64,000 nucleotides of DNA from Syntrophales bacterium (GTDB lineage: Bacteria; Desulfobacterota; Syntrophia; Syntrophales; UBA2210): positions 736,001-800,000 of the forward strand of contig CAXXNF010000002.1 of assembly GCA_963666365.2 (NCBI GenBank), read 5' to 3'. The translations under genes and the position numbers were made by a program. The notes beneath the pieces are model-generated. The model was not told where the DNA came from. It saw only the letters and a program-made list of their open reading frames with translations, and ran no database searches. Positions 54,126 to 64,000 of the stretch are shown one piece after another. Numbering within the stretch: the stretch's first letter is position 1; the number at the start of each line of letters is the position of its first letter.

Positions 54126-55922
54126 ATGAAACACATTAGAAATTTCAGCATTATCGCCCATATAGATCACGGCAAATCAACGCTTGCCGACCGCATGATT
54201 CAGCATACCGGTCTCGCCGACATGCGCACCTTCAAGGATCAGATCCTCGATACAATGGACATTGAACGGGAGCGGGGCATTACCATAAAAAGCCAGGCCA
54301 TCACCCTTCCCTACAGGGCGCGGAACGGGAAGTCATACCTCCTCAATTTGATCGACACGCCCGGCCATGTCGATTTTTCCTACGAAGTATCTCGATCGCT
54401 TGCCTCATGCGAAGGGGTGCTGCTGCTCATCGATGCGGCTCAGGGAATACAGGCGCAGACACTGGCAAATCTTTACATGGCCATGGAACATGATCTGGAG
54501 GTCATACCCGTTATCAACAAGATAGACCTTCCCTCTGCTGATATCGAAATGGTCATGGAACAGATTGAAACAGAACTGGGACTTGATCCCTTTTCCAGTC
54601 TGACCTGTTCCGCCAAGGCGGGAACAGGAGTGGAGGCAATTCTTGAAGCAATAGTGGAAAAAATTCCACCGCCCAAAGGGGACGAATCCATGCCCCTGTC
54701 GGCACTCATATTCGATGCGTTTTATGACGCCTTCAGGGGAACCATAGTATCCTGTCGCATCTTTGACGGCGAGATCAGTGCAGGCCAGACGATACGGTTA
54801 ATGTCGAATCACACCGCCTATCGGGTCGAGGAAGTGGGCCGCTTTTCCCTTGCCAGGGACAAAAAAGACCGGCTCACAGCCGGAGAGGTGGGATATATTA
54901 TTGCCGGGATCAAGACGGTGTCGGATGTACGTGTCGGCGACACCGTCACCAATGACCGCAACCCCTGCGCCAAGCCGCTTCCCGGTTTCAAAGAGGCAAA
55001 ACCGGTCGTCTTCGCATCGATCTACCCGATTGCCTCCGACGACTACGAAGAACTTGCCGTGGCGCTCGAGAAATACACGCTGAACGATGCATCCTTTGTG
55101 TACCAGAAAGACTCGTCCGTGGCCCTTGGTCAGGGATTTCGATGCGGATTCCTGGGGCTGCTGCACCTCGATATCGTGCAGGAGCGTCTCGAAAGGGAGT
55201 ATGATTTATCCATCATTCTCTCTGTTCCCAGCGTTAGGTACCGCTTTACATTAAAAAACGGAGAAATCACTTTCATTGACAATCCCGCCCATTTTCCTGA
55301 ACCAGCACAGATCGCCGGAACGGAAGAACCTTATATTCGTGCGTCCATGATGTTTCCCGAGCGCTATCTGGGCGCCGTGATGAAGCTCTGTATTGACAGA
55401 CGGGGCGAAAATTCCACTATTACCTATCCCAGTCCCGGCCGTGCCGAACTGACCTTTGAAATGCCTCTGGCAGGGGTTATCTTTGATTTCTATGACAATC
55501 TCAAATCAATTACACAGGGATACGGATCATTCGATTACGCCATGATAGGGTACCGGGAAAGCGATCTTGTGCTTCTCGACATCCTTGTGAATGGAGAAAA
55601 AGTGGACGCGCTTTCGCAGATCGTCTATCGGGGCATCGCCCGCCCGCGGGCGCTTCAGGCCTGCGAACGTTTGAAGGAAGAAATTCCCCGTCAGATGTTT
55701 AAAATCGCCATTCAGGGCGCGATCGGCGGAGAAATTATCTCCCGTACTACCATCTCCCCATTCCGAAAGGATGTGACGGCGAAATGCTACGGCGGCGACA
55801 TCACCCGCAAACGGAAGCTCCTTGAAAAGCAAAAAAAAGGGAAAAAACGTATGAAAATGGTGGGTTCCGTGGCAATACCGCAGAGCGCCTTTGTGGCTGT
55901 GTTGAAATCCGATCAAGACTAG
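54126..55922 (+). CDS. lepA: Elongation factor 4
   Basis: IAHIDHGKSTLADR, DTPGH, NKID, AKCYGGDITRK. Confidence 0.98.
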   Translation: MKHIRNFSIIAHIDHGKSTLADRMIQHTGLADMRTFKDQILDTMDIERERGITIKSQAITLPYRARNGKSYLLNLIDTPGHVDFSYEVSRSLASCEGVLLLIDAAQGIQAQTLANLYMAMEHDLEVIPVINKIDLPSADIEMVMEQIETELGLDPFSSLTCSAKAGTGVEAILEAIVEKIPPPKGDESMPLSALIFDAFYDAFRGTIVSCRIFDGEISAGQTIRLMSNHTAYRVEEVGRFSLARDKKDRLTAGEVGYIIAGIKTVSDVRVGDTVTNDRNPCAKPLPGFKEAKPVVFASIYPIASDDYEELAVALEKYTLNDASFVYQKDSSVALGQGFRCGFLGLLHLDIVQERLEREYDLSIILSVPSVRYRFTLKNGEITFIDNPAHFPEPAQIAGTEEPYIRASMMFPERYLGAVMKLCIDRRGENSTITYPSPGRAELTFEMPLAGVIFDFYDNLKSITQGYGSFDYAMIGYRESDLVLLDILVNGEKVDALSQIVYRGIARPRALQACERLKEEIPRQMFKIAIQGAIGGEIISRTTISPFRKDVTAKCYGGDITRKRKLLEKQKKGKKRMKMVGSVAIPQSAFVAVLKSDQD

Positions 55923-55958
55923 ACTGTCGCGAAACAACACGCCGGGGGGCGATGTGCA

Positions 55959-57140
55959 ATGAAAAGCCAAGTCGACATTCCGGACCTTGTCGGTCTTTAT
56001 GAAAAAGGCAGAAAAGATTCGCCCGGCCTGTATGTTCATATTCCCTTTTGTCGCACCAAGTGTCACTATTGTAATTTTTATTCCGTGACGGACAGATCCT
56101 GCAGTCGCCGTTACATAGAGGCGTTGAAGGACGAGATGGCTCTCTATGGAAACGCATCAATCGCCTATGATACGGTCTATATAGGTGGCGGCACACCTTC
56201 CGTACTTACTGCCGGACAGTTGGACGAGATTTTCAAAGCGATAACAACAGTCTTTTCTATTGCCCCGGAAAGCGAGATTACCATTGAGGCAAATCCCGGC
56301 GATATTGACGGGGACTTCGCGTCCTTTCTGGCTCAAAGCCCCGTGAATCGAATCAACGTGGGCGTACAATCATTCAATGACGACATATTGGTCTACCTCG
56401 GCCGGCGCCACTCGGTAAGGGATGCAATATCTGCACTGGAAAGGCTTGCTGCAGAAGGATTCACTAATATCGGGTTCGATCTGATATACGGTGTCCCGGG
56501 ACAGCCCATTAATTCATGGAAAGATACCCTCGCGCAGGCACTTCTGTTTTCTCCCGCACATCTCTCATGCTACGAGTTGACGGTAGAACGGGACACTCCA
56601 CTGGGCAGACGTCTTGCACAGGGGCAGGCATCTCCTCTTCCTTCCGAAGATATGATGTATGACTTTTTCATGACCACCGCCGACATACTGGAGCGTGCCG
56701 GGTATCTTCACTACGAAGTGTCGAACTTCGCCCGCACCGATCGTTTCATGTCGAGGCACAATGGAAAATACTGGCGTCATACGCCATATCTCGGTCTCGG
56801 TCCCGCAGCGCATTCCTTTTTCGGAAACAGACGATGGTGGAACCATCGATCCGTCTCACACTACATCACCGATGCAGCAAAGGGAAGGCCGCCCATCGAA
56901 GGCATGGAAACGCTTGACGGGGAGTCGCTCATTTTTGAAGCGCTTTTGCTGGGCCTCAGAACGTCTGAGGGTATCAACCTTGATGAATTGAAATCACGCT
57001 TTCACATGGACCTTTTTGAGCAATGCGCATCAAAAATCTTCGAGCTCAGCGAAAACGGATTCATACGAATTGAGAGCGGACGCATACGCCCGACACTTCG
57101 AGGGCTTGCGCTCGCCGATTATATTCCGACAGTTCTGTAA
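55959..57140 (+). CDS. hemW: Radical SAM heme chaperone HemW (HemN-like)
   Basis: YVHIPFCRTKCHYCNF, GGGTPS, YEVSNF, HNGKYW; follows lepA. Confidence 0.9.
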   Translation: MKSQVDIPDLVGLYEKGRKDSPGLYVHIPFCRTKCHYCNFYSVTDRSCSRRYIEALKDEMALYGNASIAYDTVYIGGGTPSVLTAGQLDEIFKAITTVFSIAPESEITIEANPGDIDGDFASFLAQSPVNRINVGVQSFNDDILVYLGRRHSVRDAISALERLAAEGFTNIGFDLIYGVPGQPINSWKDTLAQALLFSPAHLSCYELTVERDTPLGRRLAQGQASPLPSEDMMYDFFMTTADILERAGYLHYEVSNFARTDRFMSRHNGKYWRHTPYLGLGPAAHSFFGNRRWWNHRSVSHYITDAAKGRPPIEGMETLDGESLIFEALLLGLRTSEGINLDELKSRFHMDLFEQCASKIFELSENGFIRIESGRIRPTLRGLALADYIPTVL

Positions 57141-57548
57141 GTGTCGGCGTCGATTCGTCTCATAGGGATCATTTACTTCTTGAAGACACCGATAATTTTT
57201 CTTTGACATTCGTAGACGCTTGGATTAAGAAATATGCGGTATCAACTTCTTATAAGGCATGAGCAACGTTCAGAGGGCTGGAATACTACTCGGGGCGGGT
57301 TCACATAGCGCTGCTAGTGGTGAGTGTATCGAACGATCTGGAATAAGATGCGATTCCGATTCTCTACAGGGGGGTGCTGAATGGAAAAGGAACGAACGGA
57401 GCTTTCCCGCAAGGTCGTGCCGGATTGTAACGAGGCATATACCATTCATCTCTCAGCTGCCTTACATTGCTTGACAATCATTCCCATTAACACAATCTGA
57501 ATGTCACAACCGATGAATAACATCACTAACCCTGATGAGGCGTACGGT

Positions 57549-57800
57549 ATGAAAAAAGAATTTGACTGGTTTGACAAAGCGGAAAATCTGAGAAAGTTAC
57601 GAATTGCAAGTTACATAATTCTTGTAGTGTCCGTTCTTACTGAATTTCTTATTCCGGGCCATGCATCCCATCTGCCTTGGGACAACATACCTGGAATATA
57701 TGCGCTGTTCGGGTTTGTCACCTGTGTGCTCATGATCGTTATTTCCAAAATACTGGGACAATACTGGTTAAAGAAGAGTGAGGATTATTATGATAAGTAG
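57549..57800 (+). CDS. Small two-TM protein associated with Mrp subunits
   Basis: IPGIYALFGFVTCVLMIVISKILG...EDYYD; overlaps the start of the next gene. Confidence 0.75.
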   Translation: MKKEFDWFDKAENLRKLRIASYIILVVSVLTEFLIPGHASHLPWDNIPGIYALFGFVTCVLMIVISKILGQYWLKKSEDYYDK

Positions 57801-59535
57801 TTATCTTCCCCCGGCCTTCATATTTATCATCGGAGCGCTCCTGCTGCTGGTCGCCTCGGGCAGGATCAAGCAGATATTGATATTGCTTATACCGGCAGCA
57901 GCCTTTTTTTATATTCTTAATCTGAATGTCGACGTATCATGGGTAGTCCCTTTTCTGGACTATCAGTTGAACTTCCTCCATGTGGACAAACTGAGTAAAG
58001 TATTTGGATATATCTTTTGCATTGCCGCCTTCGGGAGCTTTCTTTTTGCCTTTCATCTGAAAGGAAAGCTCGAACATTTCTCGGCGCTTATCTATGTGGG
58101 CAGCGCCATCGGTGTTGTCTTTGCGGGTGATTTTTTCTCCCTCTACCTCTTCTGGGAATTCATGGCAGTGGCCTCCGTCATGCTTATCTGGGCGAGAAGG
58201 GAAAAGAAGTCTCTCGATGCCGGGTTTAGATATGTGCTTGTACATATCGCAGGAGGGTTGATCCTTCTGGCGGGCATCCTGCTTCACGTGCATAATACCG
58301 GCTCACTTGAAGTCGGCCGAATACAGTCGCATGAACTTTCTTCCTGGCTCATACTTATCGGCTTCATGCTCAATGCGGCCGTCCCCCCTCTTTCCGCCTG
58401 GCTGTCGGATGCCTATCCTGAATCCACCGCAACGGGCGGAGTATTCTTGAGCGCCTTTACCACCAAAACCGCCGTATACACGCTTCTGCGCGTATTCCCG
58501 GGGTGGGAGATCCTTATCTGGCTCGGTGCGCTCATGACACTGTACGGCATCATATACGCCATTATGGAGAACGACAGTCGACGAATCCTCGCCTACAGCA
58601 TTATCAACCAGGTTGGATTCATGGTCTGCGGCATAGGCATAGGTACGGCAATGGCCTTAAATGGCGCTGCGGCGCACGCCTTCGCACATATTATCTACAA
58701 GGGGTTGCTCTGGATGTCTGCAGGATCGGTGCTCTATATGACAGGAAAAACAAAGTGCACCGACCTTGGAGGTCTCTACAAGACCATGCCCCTCACACTG
58801 ATATGCTGTTGTATTGCGGCGGCTTCAATCTCCGCCTTTCCATTGACGAGCGGATTCACCACGAAAACAATGATACTCCAGGCTGCGGTAGACAAGCATC
58901 TCATAATCATATACATCCTGCTCGAAGCAGCCTCGGCGGGCGTGTTTCTCCATGCGGGAATTAAGTTCCCCTACTTCGTCTTTTTCGCAAAGGACAAGGG
59001 GTTGCGGGTGTCGGACCCGAAGCCGAACATGCAGTACGCAATGGTCTTTTTCGCCGCTTTGTGTATTTTCATCGGCATTTATCCCCAGCCCCTCTATAAA
59101 ATCCTGCCTTACCCCGTTGAGTATCATGCATACACCGGCATGCATGTGATAAGAATGCTGCAGCTTCTCTTCTTTTCCGGTCTCGCGTTTTTTGTCTTCC
59201 TGGGTCTTTTGAAAAGGACGGAAACTATTACCCTCGATACCGACTGGATTTACCGGAAGGGCGCCCAACTCGTGCTTTTTGTCGTTACGGGCATTGCTTC
59301 TGGAATAGCGAAATTTTTCGATTTTATCTTCATTCGCAGTCTGCCTGCTGCTCTTGCGAATTTTTCTAAAAGCCCGATCCGACGAATCGCGGCCATGACC
59401 GGGGGCGCCACATCCTCTGAAGACCAGGGTTCGGACCGTGCGCCCGAGTTTAGCACCCGCATTCCCTCAGGCATACCCGTACTGGTGGCTGTTGCGTTTC
59501 TTTCGGCACTGGCCTTTGTGTTCATATTGGGATAA
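57790..59535 (+). CDS. Na+/H+ antiporter MrpD-like subunit
   Basis: FWEFMA, WLSDAYP, FTTKTAVY, LAYSIINQVG, HIIYKGLL. Confidence 0.9.
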   Translation: MISSYLPPAFIFIIGALLLLVASGRIKQILILLIPAAAFFYILNLNVDVSWVVPFLDYQLNFLHVDKLSKVFGYIFCIAAFGSFLFAFHLKGKLEHFSALIYVGSAIGVVFAGDFFSLYLFWEFMAVASVMLIWARREKKSLDAGFRYVLVHIAGGLILLAGILLHVHNTGSLEVGRIQSHELSSWLILIGFMLNAAVPPLSAWLSDAYPESTATGGVFLSAFTTKTAVYTLLRVFPGWEILIWLGALMTLYGIIYAIMENDSRRILAYSIINQVGFMVCGIGIGTAMALNGAAAHAFAHIIYKGLLWMSAGSVLYMTGKTKCTDLGGLYKTMPLTLICCCIAAASISAFPLTSGFTTKTMILQAAVDKHLIIIYILLEAASAGVFLHAGIKFPYFVFFAKDKGLRVSDPKPNMQYAMVFFAALCIFIGIYPQPLYKILPYPVEYHAYTGMHVIRMLQLLFFSGLAFFVFLGLLKRTETITLDTDWIYRKGAQLVLFVVTGIASGIAKFFDFIFIRSLPAALANFSKSPIRRIAAMTGGATSSEDQGSDRAPEFSTRIPSGIPVLVAVAFLSALAFVFILG

Positions 59536-59606
59536 CGCCTTGGCCTCCTTCTTGCGGGCACAAAAAAAGGGTTGCGAAAACCAATCTTCACAACCCCTTG
59601 ATATCA

Positions 59607-59683
59607 TGGTGGCGGTGCAGGGACTTGAACCCCGGACACTACGGATATGAGCCGTATGCTCTAACCTGCTGAGCTACACCGCC
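59607..59683 (-). tRNA. tRNA-Met (CAT), probably elongator
   Basis: Paired G1-C72 (GGCGGTG/CACCGCC), tacgg-ct-CAT-at-ccgta, CCA; TTGACA-17-TATATA promoter at 59704-59732. Confidence 0.93.
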
Positions 59684-59734
59684 CTCTCATTTAAGACTCG
59701 CGGTATATACGTTAAATTCATTTTCATGTCAAGT

Positions 59735-61411
59735 TTATTGAACGATTAAATCGTATGCAACTACCACGCTTTTCGATTGTGAAAGTGCCACGGCAAGGAC
59801 AATTTCGTTTTGCCCGTCATTATCAATGTCCTTAAATTGATAATCGGCCACGTATCCCTGAATCTTTCTCGTTTTCCAGTTTTGAATCAAGCCTAGTCCA
59901 TCCCACTCGAGATTATAGATTTCGCTGCTCGAAAACATTCGTACATTTTTGAACAGTCTTCCCGCAGGGGATAAATTTTTGACAATAACGACCTCCTCCT
60001 TTCCATCTCCCTTAATGTCGTAGGTCAGGATCCTCACGTTCACGTATACATTATCCTGCATGCCCTCGTCGCCGAATCCGGGTGTGATGCTCCTGTAATC
60101 GAAGCGGTTGTTTGTTCCCCCGAATACATCATCCGAAGTATAGATTATCTCATCGCCTCCGCCAACTACATGGATCTGGGAGACCGGTTTTTTTGTTTTC
60201 TTGTATATGTTGAGATGATCGTACTCGTCGAGAGCAATGACACGTTCCGTGTTTCCGCCGTCAATACTGGCCATCGTCATGCCGTATACGGACAATCCTT
60301 CCGGGATGGGCATTCGTTGCCCCTCTCGGTATCCGTCCCCCTTCCATAAAATCTCAAAAATAGGGTTCGAAAACGGCCTGTCAAGTCCCAGTTCCTGTCC
60401 CACCAGTTTGATCCCTTCGTTTGTAGGAATGACTCGCAGAAACCACGGTAAATTCTCCGCGATGCGCTCATATTTTCCGTCCTTGAATTCAACCACGAAT
60501 GAGCGGAGTGTGCTCCCCTGGAAATTGGTTACAATAATCTCGTCGATTCCGTTGCCGTTGATATCGGCGACGTCAAGTGCAAGATATCGATCACTGGATT
60601 TTCCTGCAATTTTGTTGAGCAGGGTAAAGCCCGCGCCTTCTTTTCTATAGATTAGAACATTCGTGTGATCGATCAACACCACTTCGTTCTTAGTATCTCC
60701 ATCCACGTCTCCGATATCCATCCCCTTAATATTTCTCGAATACCGGGGGCTCATAAAAAAGCCTTTTCGATCGAGTACACCGGTCGTCGTTATAAAGGAC
60801 GGATTAATGATGGAGGTAAAGGTTCCTTCCTGCGTTTTCAGCGCATCGATCGCCTCCGCCCCCCCTGGTTTTTCCGATGCTTCCCTCTGGACGGTTGCAG
60901 TCGCCTTCGGCGGCACAGGCAAGCTGGCCGCAGGCAAAGTCTTTCCAAGTACAAATTGATTTATTTTGTTGGCAAAATCATTGATTTTGGGAATGACGTC
61001 ATCCATGCCCCGGCACTGTTCGAAGATACCCACCGGCATCTTGTAGGTGGAAATATCAAGCAGCTTCCCGTCAAGGCTTATACTGTTTCCGATTTTTGTG
61101 ATGCTCCCCCAGACGACATAATCGGTACCCAGTGTCTTTCCTATTTCATAGGCATCAGATGCCGTCAGTTCCTTTTTTTTCAATTTATCGACGGCAGTCG
61201 AAATGGAAAGTTTATCAAGAACCGATATTTCACCACTGGCGGACAAACGGGATATCAACATATCCCATATGCCGCTTTTTACATAATCCAGATCTTCCAC
61301 GCTGTGAACTGCAAAGGGCAGTACGCCGACCGATTTTTTCTCGGAACTCCAGGCTGATGTCACCATAACAATAGACATGAGTATAGAGAAAATAATAATG
61401 TGCTTCTTCAT
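59735..61411 (-). CDS. Exported FG-GAP/VCBS-repeat protein with N-terminal TolB-like domain
   Basis: Signal peptide; GDVDGD, ADINGNG, DIKGDG, DIDNDG repeats. Confidence 0.8.
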   Translation of the reverse strand: MKKHIIIFSILMSIVMVTSAWSSEKKSVGVLPFAVHSVEDLDYVKSGIWDMLISRLSASGEISVLDKLSISTAVDKLKKKELTASDAYEIGKTLGTDYVVWGSITKIGNSISLDGKLLDISTYKMPVGIFEQCRGMDDVIPKINDFANKINQFVLGKTLPAASLPVPPKATATVQREASEKPGGAEAIDALKTQEGTFTSIINPSFITTTGVLDRKGFFMSPRYSRNIKGMDIGDVDGDTKNEVVLIDHTNVLIYRKEGAGFTLLNKIAGKSSDRYLALDVADINGNGIDEIIVTNFQGSTLRSFVVEFKDGKYERIAENLPWFLRVIPTNEGIKLVGQELGLDRPFSNPIFEILWKGDGYREGQRMPIPEGLSVYGMTMASIDGGNTERVIALDEYDHLNIYKKTKKPVSQIHVVGGGDEIIYTSDDVFGGTNNRFDYRSITPGFGDEGMQDNVYVNVRILTYDIKGDGKEEVVIVKNLSPAGRLFKNVRMFSSSEIYNLEWDGLGLIQNWKTRKIQGYVADYQFKDIDNDGQNEIVLAVALSQSKSVVVAYDLIVQ

Positions 61412-61527
61412 AAATATCTCCTTATCTAACGCTTTTCATGGAAGAGTTATAAGGTAAATTTAATTTTATTTCGAGTAATTAATTTGCATATACATGTCTT
61501 ACTCCGCGTGAGCATGGCATGTGTTGG

Positions 61528-62406
61528 CTAATCGATCCGGTTTTCAAATTTATCATCTTCACCACCCTCCACAGCCATAGCTCTGAGGAGAGATAGATTC
61601 TCTCTATCATGAGGCGTCTCAATAATCTTGGGGACGGCTTTCAATCTTTGATCCCTCATGATCCATCGGAAGGGTATGGCGCCGATCATTCCCTTTCCAA
61701 TATCCTCGTGCCTGTCAACAAGGGAACCACATTCCTTTTTTGAGTCGCTCAAATGAATCACTTTTATTTTATGCAACCCTATCACAGCATCAACCTTTTC
61801 AAAAACCTCTTTATAGGCTTTTTTTGAGCGCACTTCATAGCCTGCGGCAAACATATGACAAATATCGAGGCAGAGCCCCGGTTCGAGCGGTCTGTGCACC
61901 TTGTCAATAATTTGTGCGATTTCCTCAAGAGTCCTGCCGATCGATGTCCCCTGTCCTGCCATCGTCTCAAGAACTATCGAAACATGATCGGTTCCTACTT
62001 CGTCATATAGCCGATTCAGCGCATGAACAATCCTTTGCGTTCCCACGTGTGTGCCGTCGCCACCATGGCTTCCGGGATGAATCACAAGATAATCGATCCC
62101 GAGTGTGTGGCAGCGTTTCACTTCGTTCACTAAGGCACGATAGGACTGCTCCCGTATTCTTTCTTCCTTTGATGCTAGATTTACCAGATACCCCACATGG
62201 GAAATAACCGGGTTTATGTGCAGAAGATCTCTTATTCTTTTGAAATTCGAAACCTCGGATTCAGAAAGATCGGGCTCCTGCCATCGGTTGGAGTTTTTGG
62301 TAAAAATCTGGATGGTTGCAATGTCCAGTTCCCCAGCTCTCAGCAGTGCCTTTTCCAGTCCTCCTGCAATTGACGTGTGCGCACCAAGCAGTATCCTTTC
62401 TTTCAT
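61528..62406 (-). CDS. nfo: Endonuclease IV
   Basis: GAHTSIAGG, QIFTKN, HPG, ETMAGQG, DICH, DRH, IETP. Confidence 0.95.
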   Translation of the reverse strand: MKERILLGAHTSIAGGLEKALLRAGELDIATIQIFTKNSNRWQEPDLSESEVSNFKRIRDLLHINPVISHVGYLVNLASKEERIREQSYRALVNEVKRCHTLGIDYLVIHPGSHGGDGTHVGTQRIVHALNRLYDEVGTDHVSIVLETMAGQGTSIGRTLEEIAQIIDKVHRPLEPGLCLDICHMFAAGYEVRSKKAYKEVFEKVDAVIGLHKIKVIHLSDSKKECGSLVDRHEDIGKGMIGAIPFRWIMRDQRLKAVPKIIETPHDRENLSLLRAMAVEGGEDDKFENRID

Positions 62407-62695
62407 TTACCGATCACTATTTGCGATTGCTCCGTCTCAACAATTGGGTATGCGTAAATAAATCAGGAGTGCGGGCCCTCATTTCGCCTTTGAATCTCTG
62501 CTGTTTGGACTATGTGATTATAGAAGGCATGCCAAGCAAATCTTATCGGTTTCGAATGTACAAATGTACAATTGTCGCCCGACCGAAACCACAGGGTGGT
62601 CACTCTACACACATCTCGAGTACGGAGCTGAATATGAGGCTTCGTTTATAATTGTGTTCAATACACACTGCTTGCGTGGGCTTCTCATGGGGGTG

Positions 62696-64000
62696 TCACA
62701 GTTTAGGCACCGCATGTTCTATAATGCTCACGATAATCGGCTGATTATATATTCCGATAAGCACCGTGATCAGGGCGATGATTATCGTGGGGATCAACAT
62801 ACTGGCAGGCGCCTCCGCTATGTGTGAACCTTCGGGCGCACCTGCATGAATATCGTCATGCCCGTTCTCTCCGTAATACCCGATTTCTATTATTCTGAAG
62901 AAAAGAACAACATTCACAAGACTCGAAAAGAGCAGCGCCGCCATAAAGGCCCAGTTTTCATTTACAACGGCGCCCTGTATAAGATACCACTTACTGAAAA
63001 ATCCACAGGTAGGCGGTACCCCTATGACCGACAGCGCTACCGTGATCAACGCCACCATTGTAAAGGGCATTTTCTTGAAAATACCCTTAAAGTCCGAAAG
63101 GTTGTGGCTTTTCATTTTGTAAGTGACAATACCCGCTACGGCAAAGAGTCCCACGGTCATGACCACATCATTCATTATATGAAGAATCGCGCCTTTGATT
63201 GCCACTGCGTTTGCCAACCCTACGCCTCCCACAATGTAGCCTACCTCGGCTACCACGATATAGCAGAGCATCCTCTTAAAATCAACCTGGGCAAGCGCCA
63301 TAACCGCACCGACGATGATTGCCGCAATCCCCGCGACCATCATAATTTTCGGAAGGGGCATCAGTTCAAGTGAAAAGTATGGCCGAAAGACGGTAAACAT
63401 AATGCGAAGCATGACATAAATAGCAATTTTTGTCATAAGCGGCGCAATCAGTGCGCTCGCCACGGAAGGCGCTTTGGTATATGCATCGGGAAGCCAGACA
63501 TGGAGAGGAAACAGGGCCATTTTAAGTGCGATTCCCACCATAAAAAAGGCGAAGGCCACCAGCACAACCTTGGAACCATAAAGCTCGGGGAGAATCTTTC
63601 CGAGATCGGCCATATTGAGAGATCCGGTCACCATATAGAGATATCCCACCCCGATGAGATAGAAGCAGGCGCCCACGGTGCCGAGGATGATGTAGCGGAA
63701 GCTGGCCAACGGCGCCCCCTCTTCCCCCACGGCGATCAATGCATAACCGGCAAGGGAGGCAATCTCCAGGAATACATAAAGATTGAATACATCGCCGGTA
63801 ATGACGATTCCCAGAAATCCGGTAACCTGGAGAAGATATACGGTATAAAAATATACTGCTTTATCGGGCAGTTCCAGCTCTACACTGCGCCGAGAGTACA
63901 GTGCAACCAGCAATGCAGTTCCTGTAATAAGGACCAGCATCAGGGCGTTGAGATGATCGATCACATACTCAATGCCCCACGGCGGCAACCAGCTTCCGAG
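62696..64000 (-). CDS. Monovalent cation/H+ antiporter subunit D (MrpD-like), 5' truncated by window edge
   Basis: GSWLPPWGIEY, GDVFNLYVFLE, KMALFPLHVWLPDAY, GVPPTCGFFSKW. Confidence 0.92.
   Translation of the reverse strand, partial: LGSWLPPWGIEYVIDHLNALMLVLITGTALLVALYSRRSVELELPDKAVYFYTVYLLQVTGFLGIVITGDVFNLYVFLEIASLAGYALIAVGEEGAPLASFRYIILGTVGACFYLIGVGYLYMVTGSLNMADLGKILPELYGSKVVLVAFAFFMVGIALKMALFPLHVWLPDAYTKAPSVASALIAPLMTKIAIYVMLRIMFTVFRPYFSLELMPLPKIMMVAGIAAIIVGAVMALAQVDFKRMLCYIVVAEVGYIVGGVGLANAVAIKGAILHIMNDVVMTVGLFAVAGIVTYKMKSHNLSDFKGIFKKMPFTMVALITVALSVIGVPPTCGFFSKWYLIQGAVVNENWAFMAALLFSSLVNVVLFFRIIEIGYYGENGHDDIHAGAPEGSHIAEAPASMLIPTIIIALITVLIGIYNQPIIVSIIEHAVPKL

Overview
Chromosomal window of an anaerobic deltaproteobacterium (Syntrophales/Desulfobacterota-like, inferred from gene content). 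From left to right: the C-terminus of a glycyl-radical enzyme and its activase; a decayed sigma54-regulator/acyl-CoA-ligase cassette; a Na+-translocating decarboxylase-like module (unannotated gamma-like peptide, atypical beta subunit, carboxyltransferase); acyl-CoA ligases with a liv-type ABC importer; HU; a CoA transferase; tRNA-Asp/Val; lon-clpX-clpP-tig; tRNA-Leu. Next comes a ~13 kb accessory region ending at tRNA-Pro. It holds an HxlR-led redox/efflux cluster, an NCS2 transporter with an extra domain, an attC-like site, and RAYT-like and integrase relics. The rest is mostly housekeeping (comEA, lysC, tsaE, acpS, folP, ftsH, tilS, a pan operon with an attenuator-like leader, adk, lepA, hemW, nfo, tRNA-Met) plus Mrp-antiporter subunits. 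The most unusual observation is the decarboxylase beta subunit. It carries an inserted biotinyl/lipoyl-like domain with no MKM lysine, has Glu in place of the conserved catalytic Asp (GGAEGP), and has no biotin-carrier gene nearby. All calls come from manual motif reading; no searches were run.
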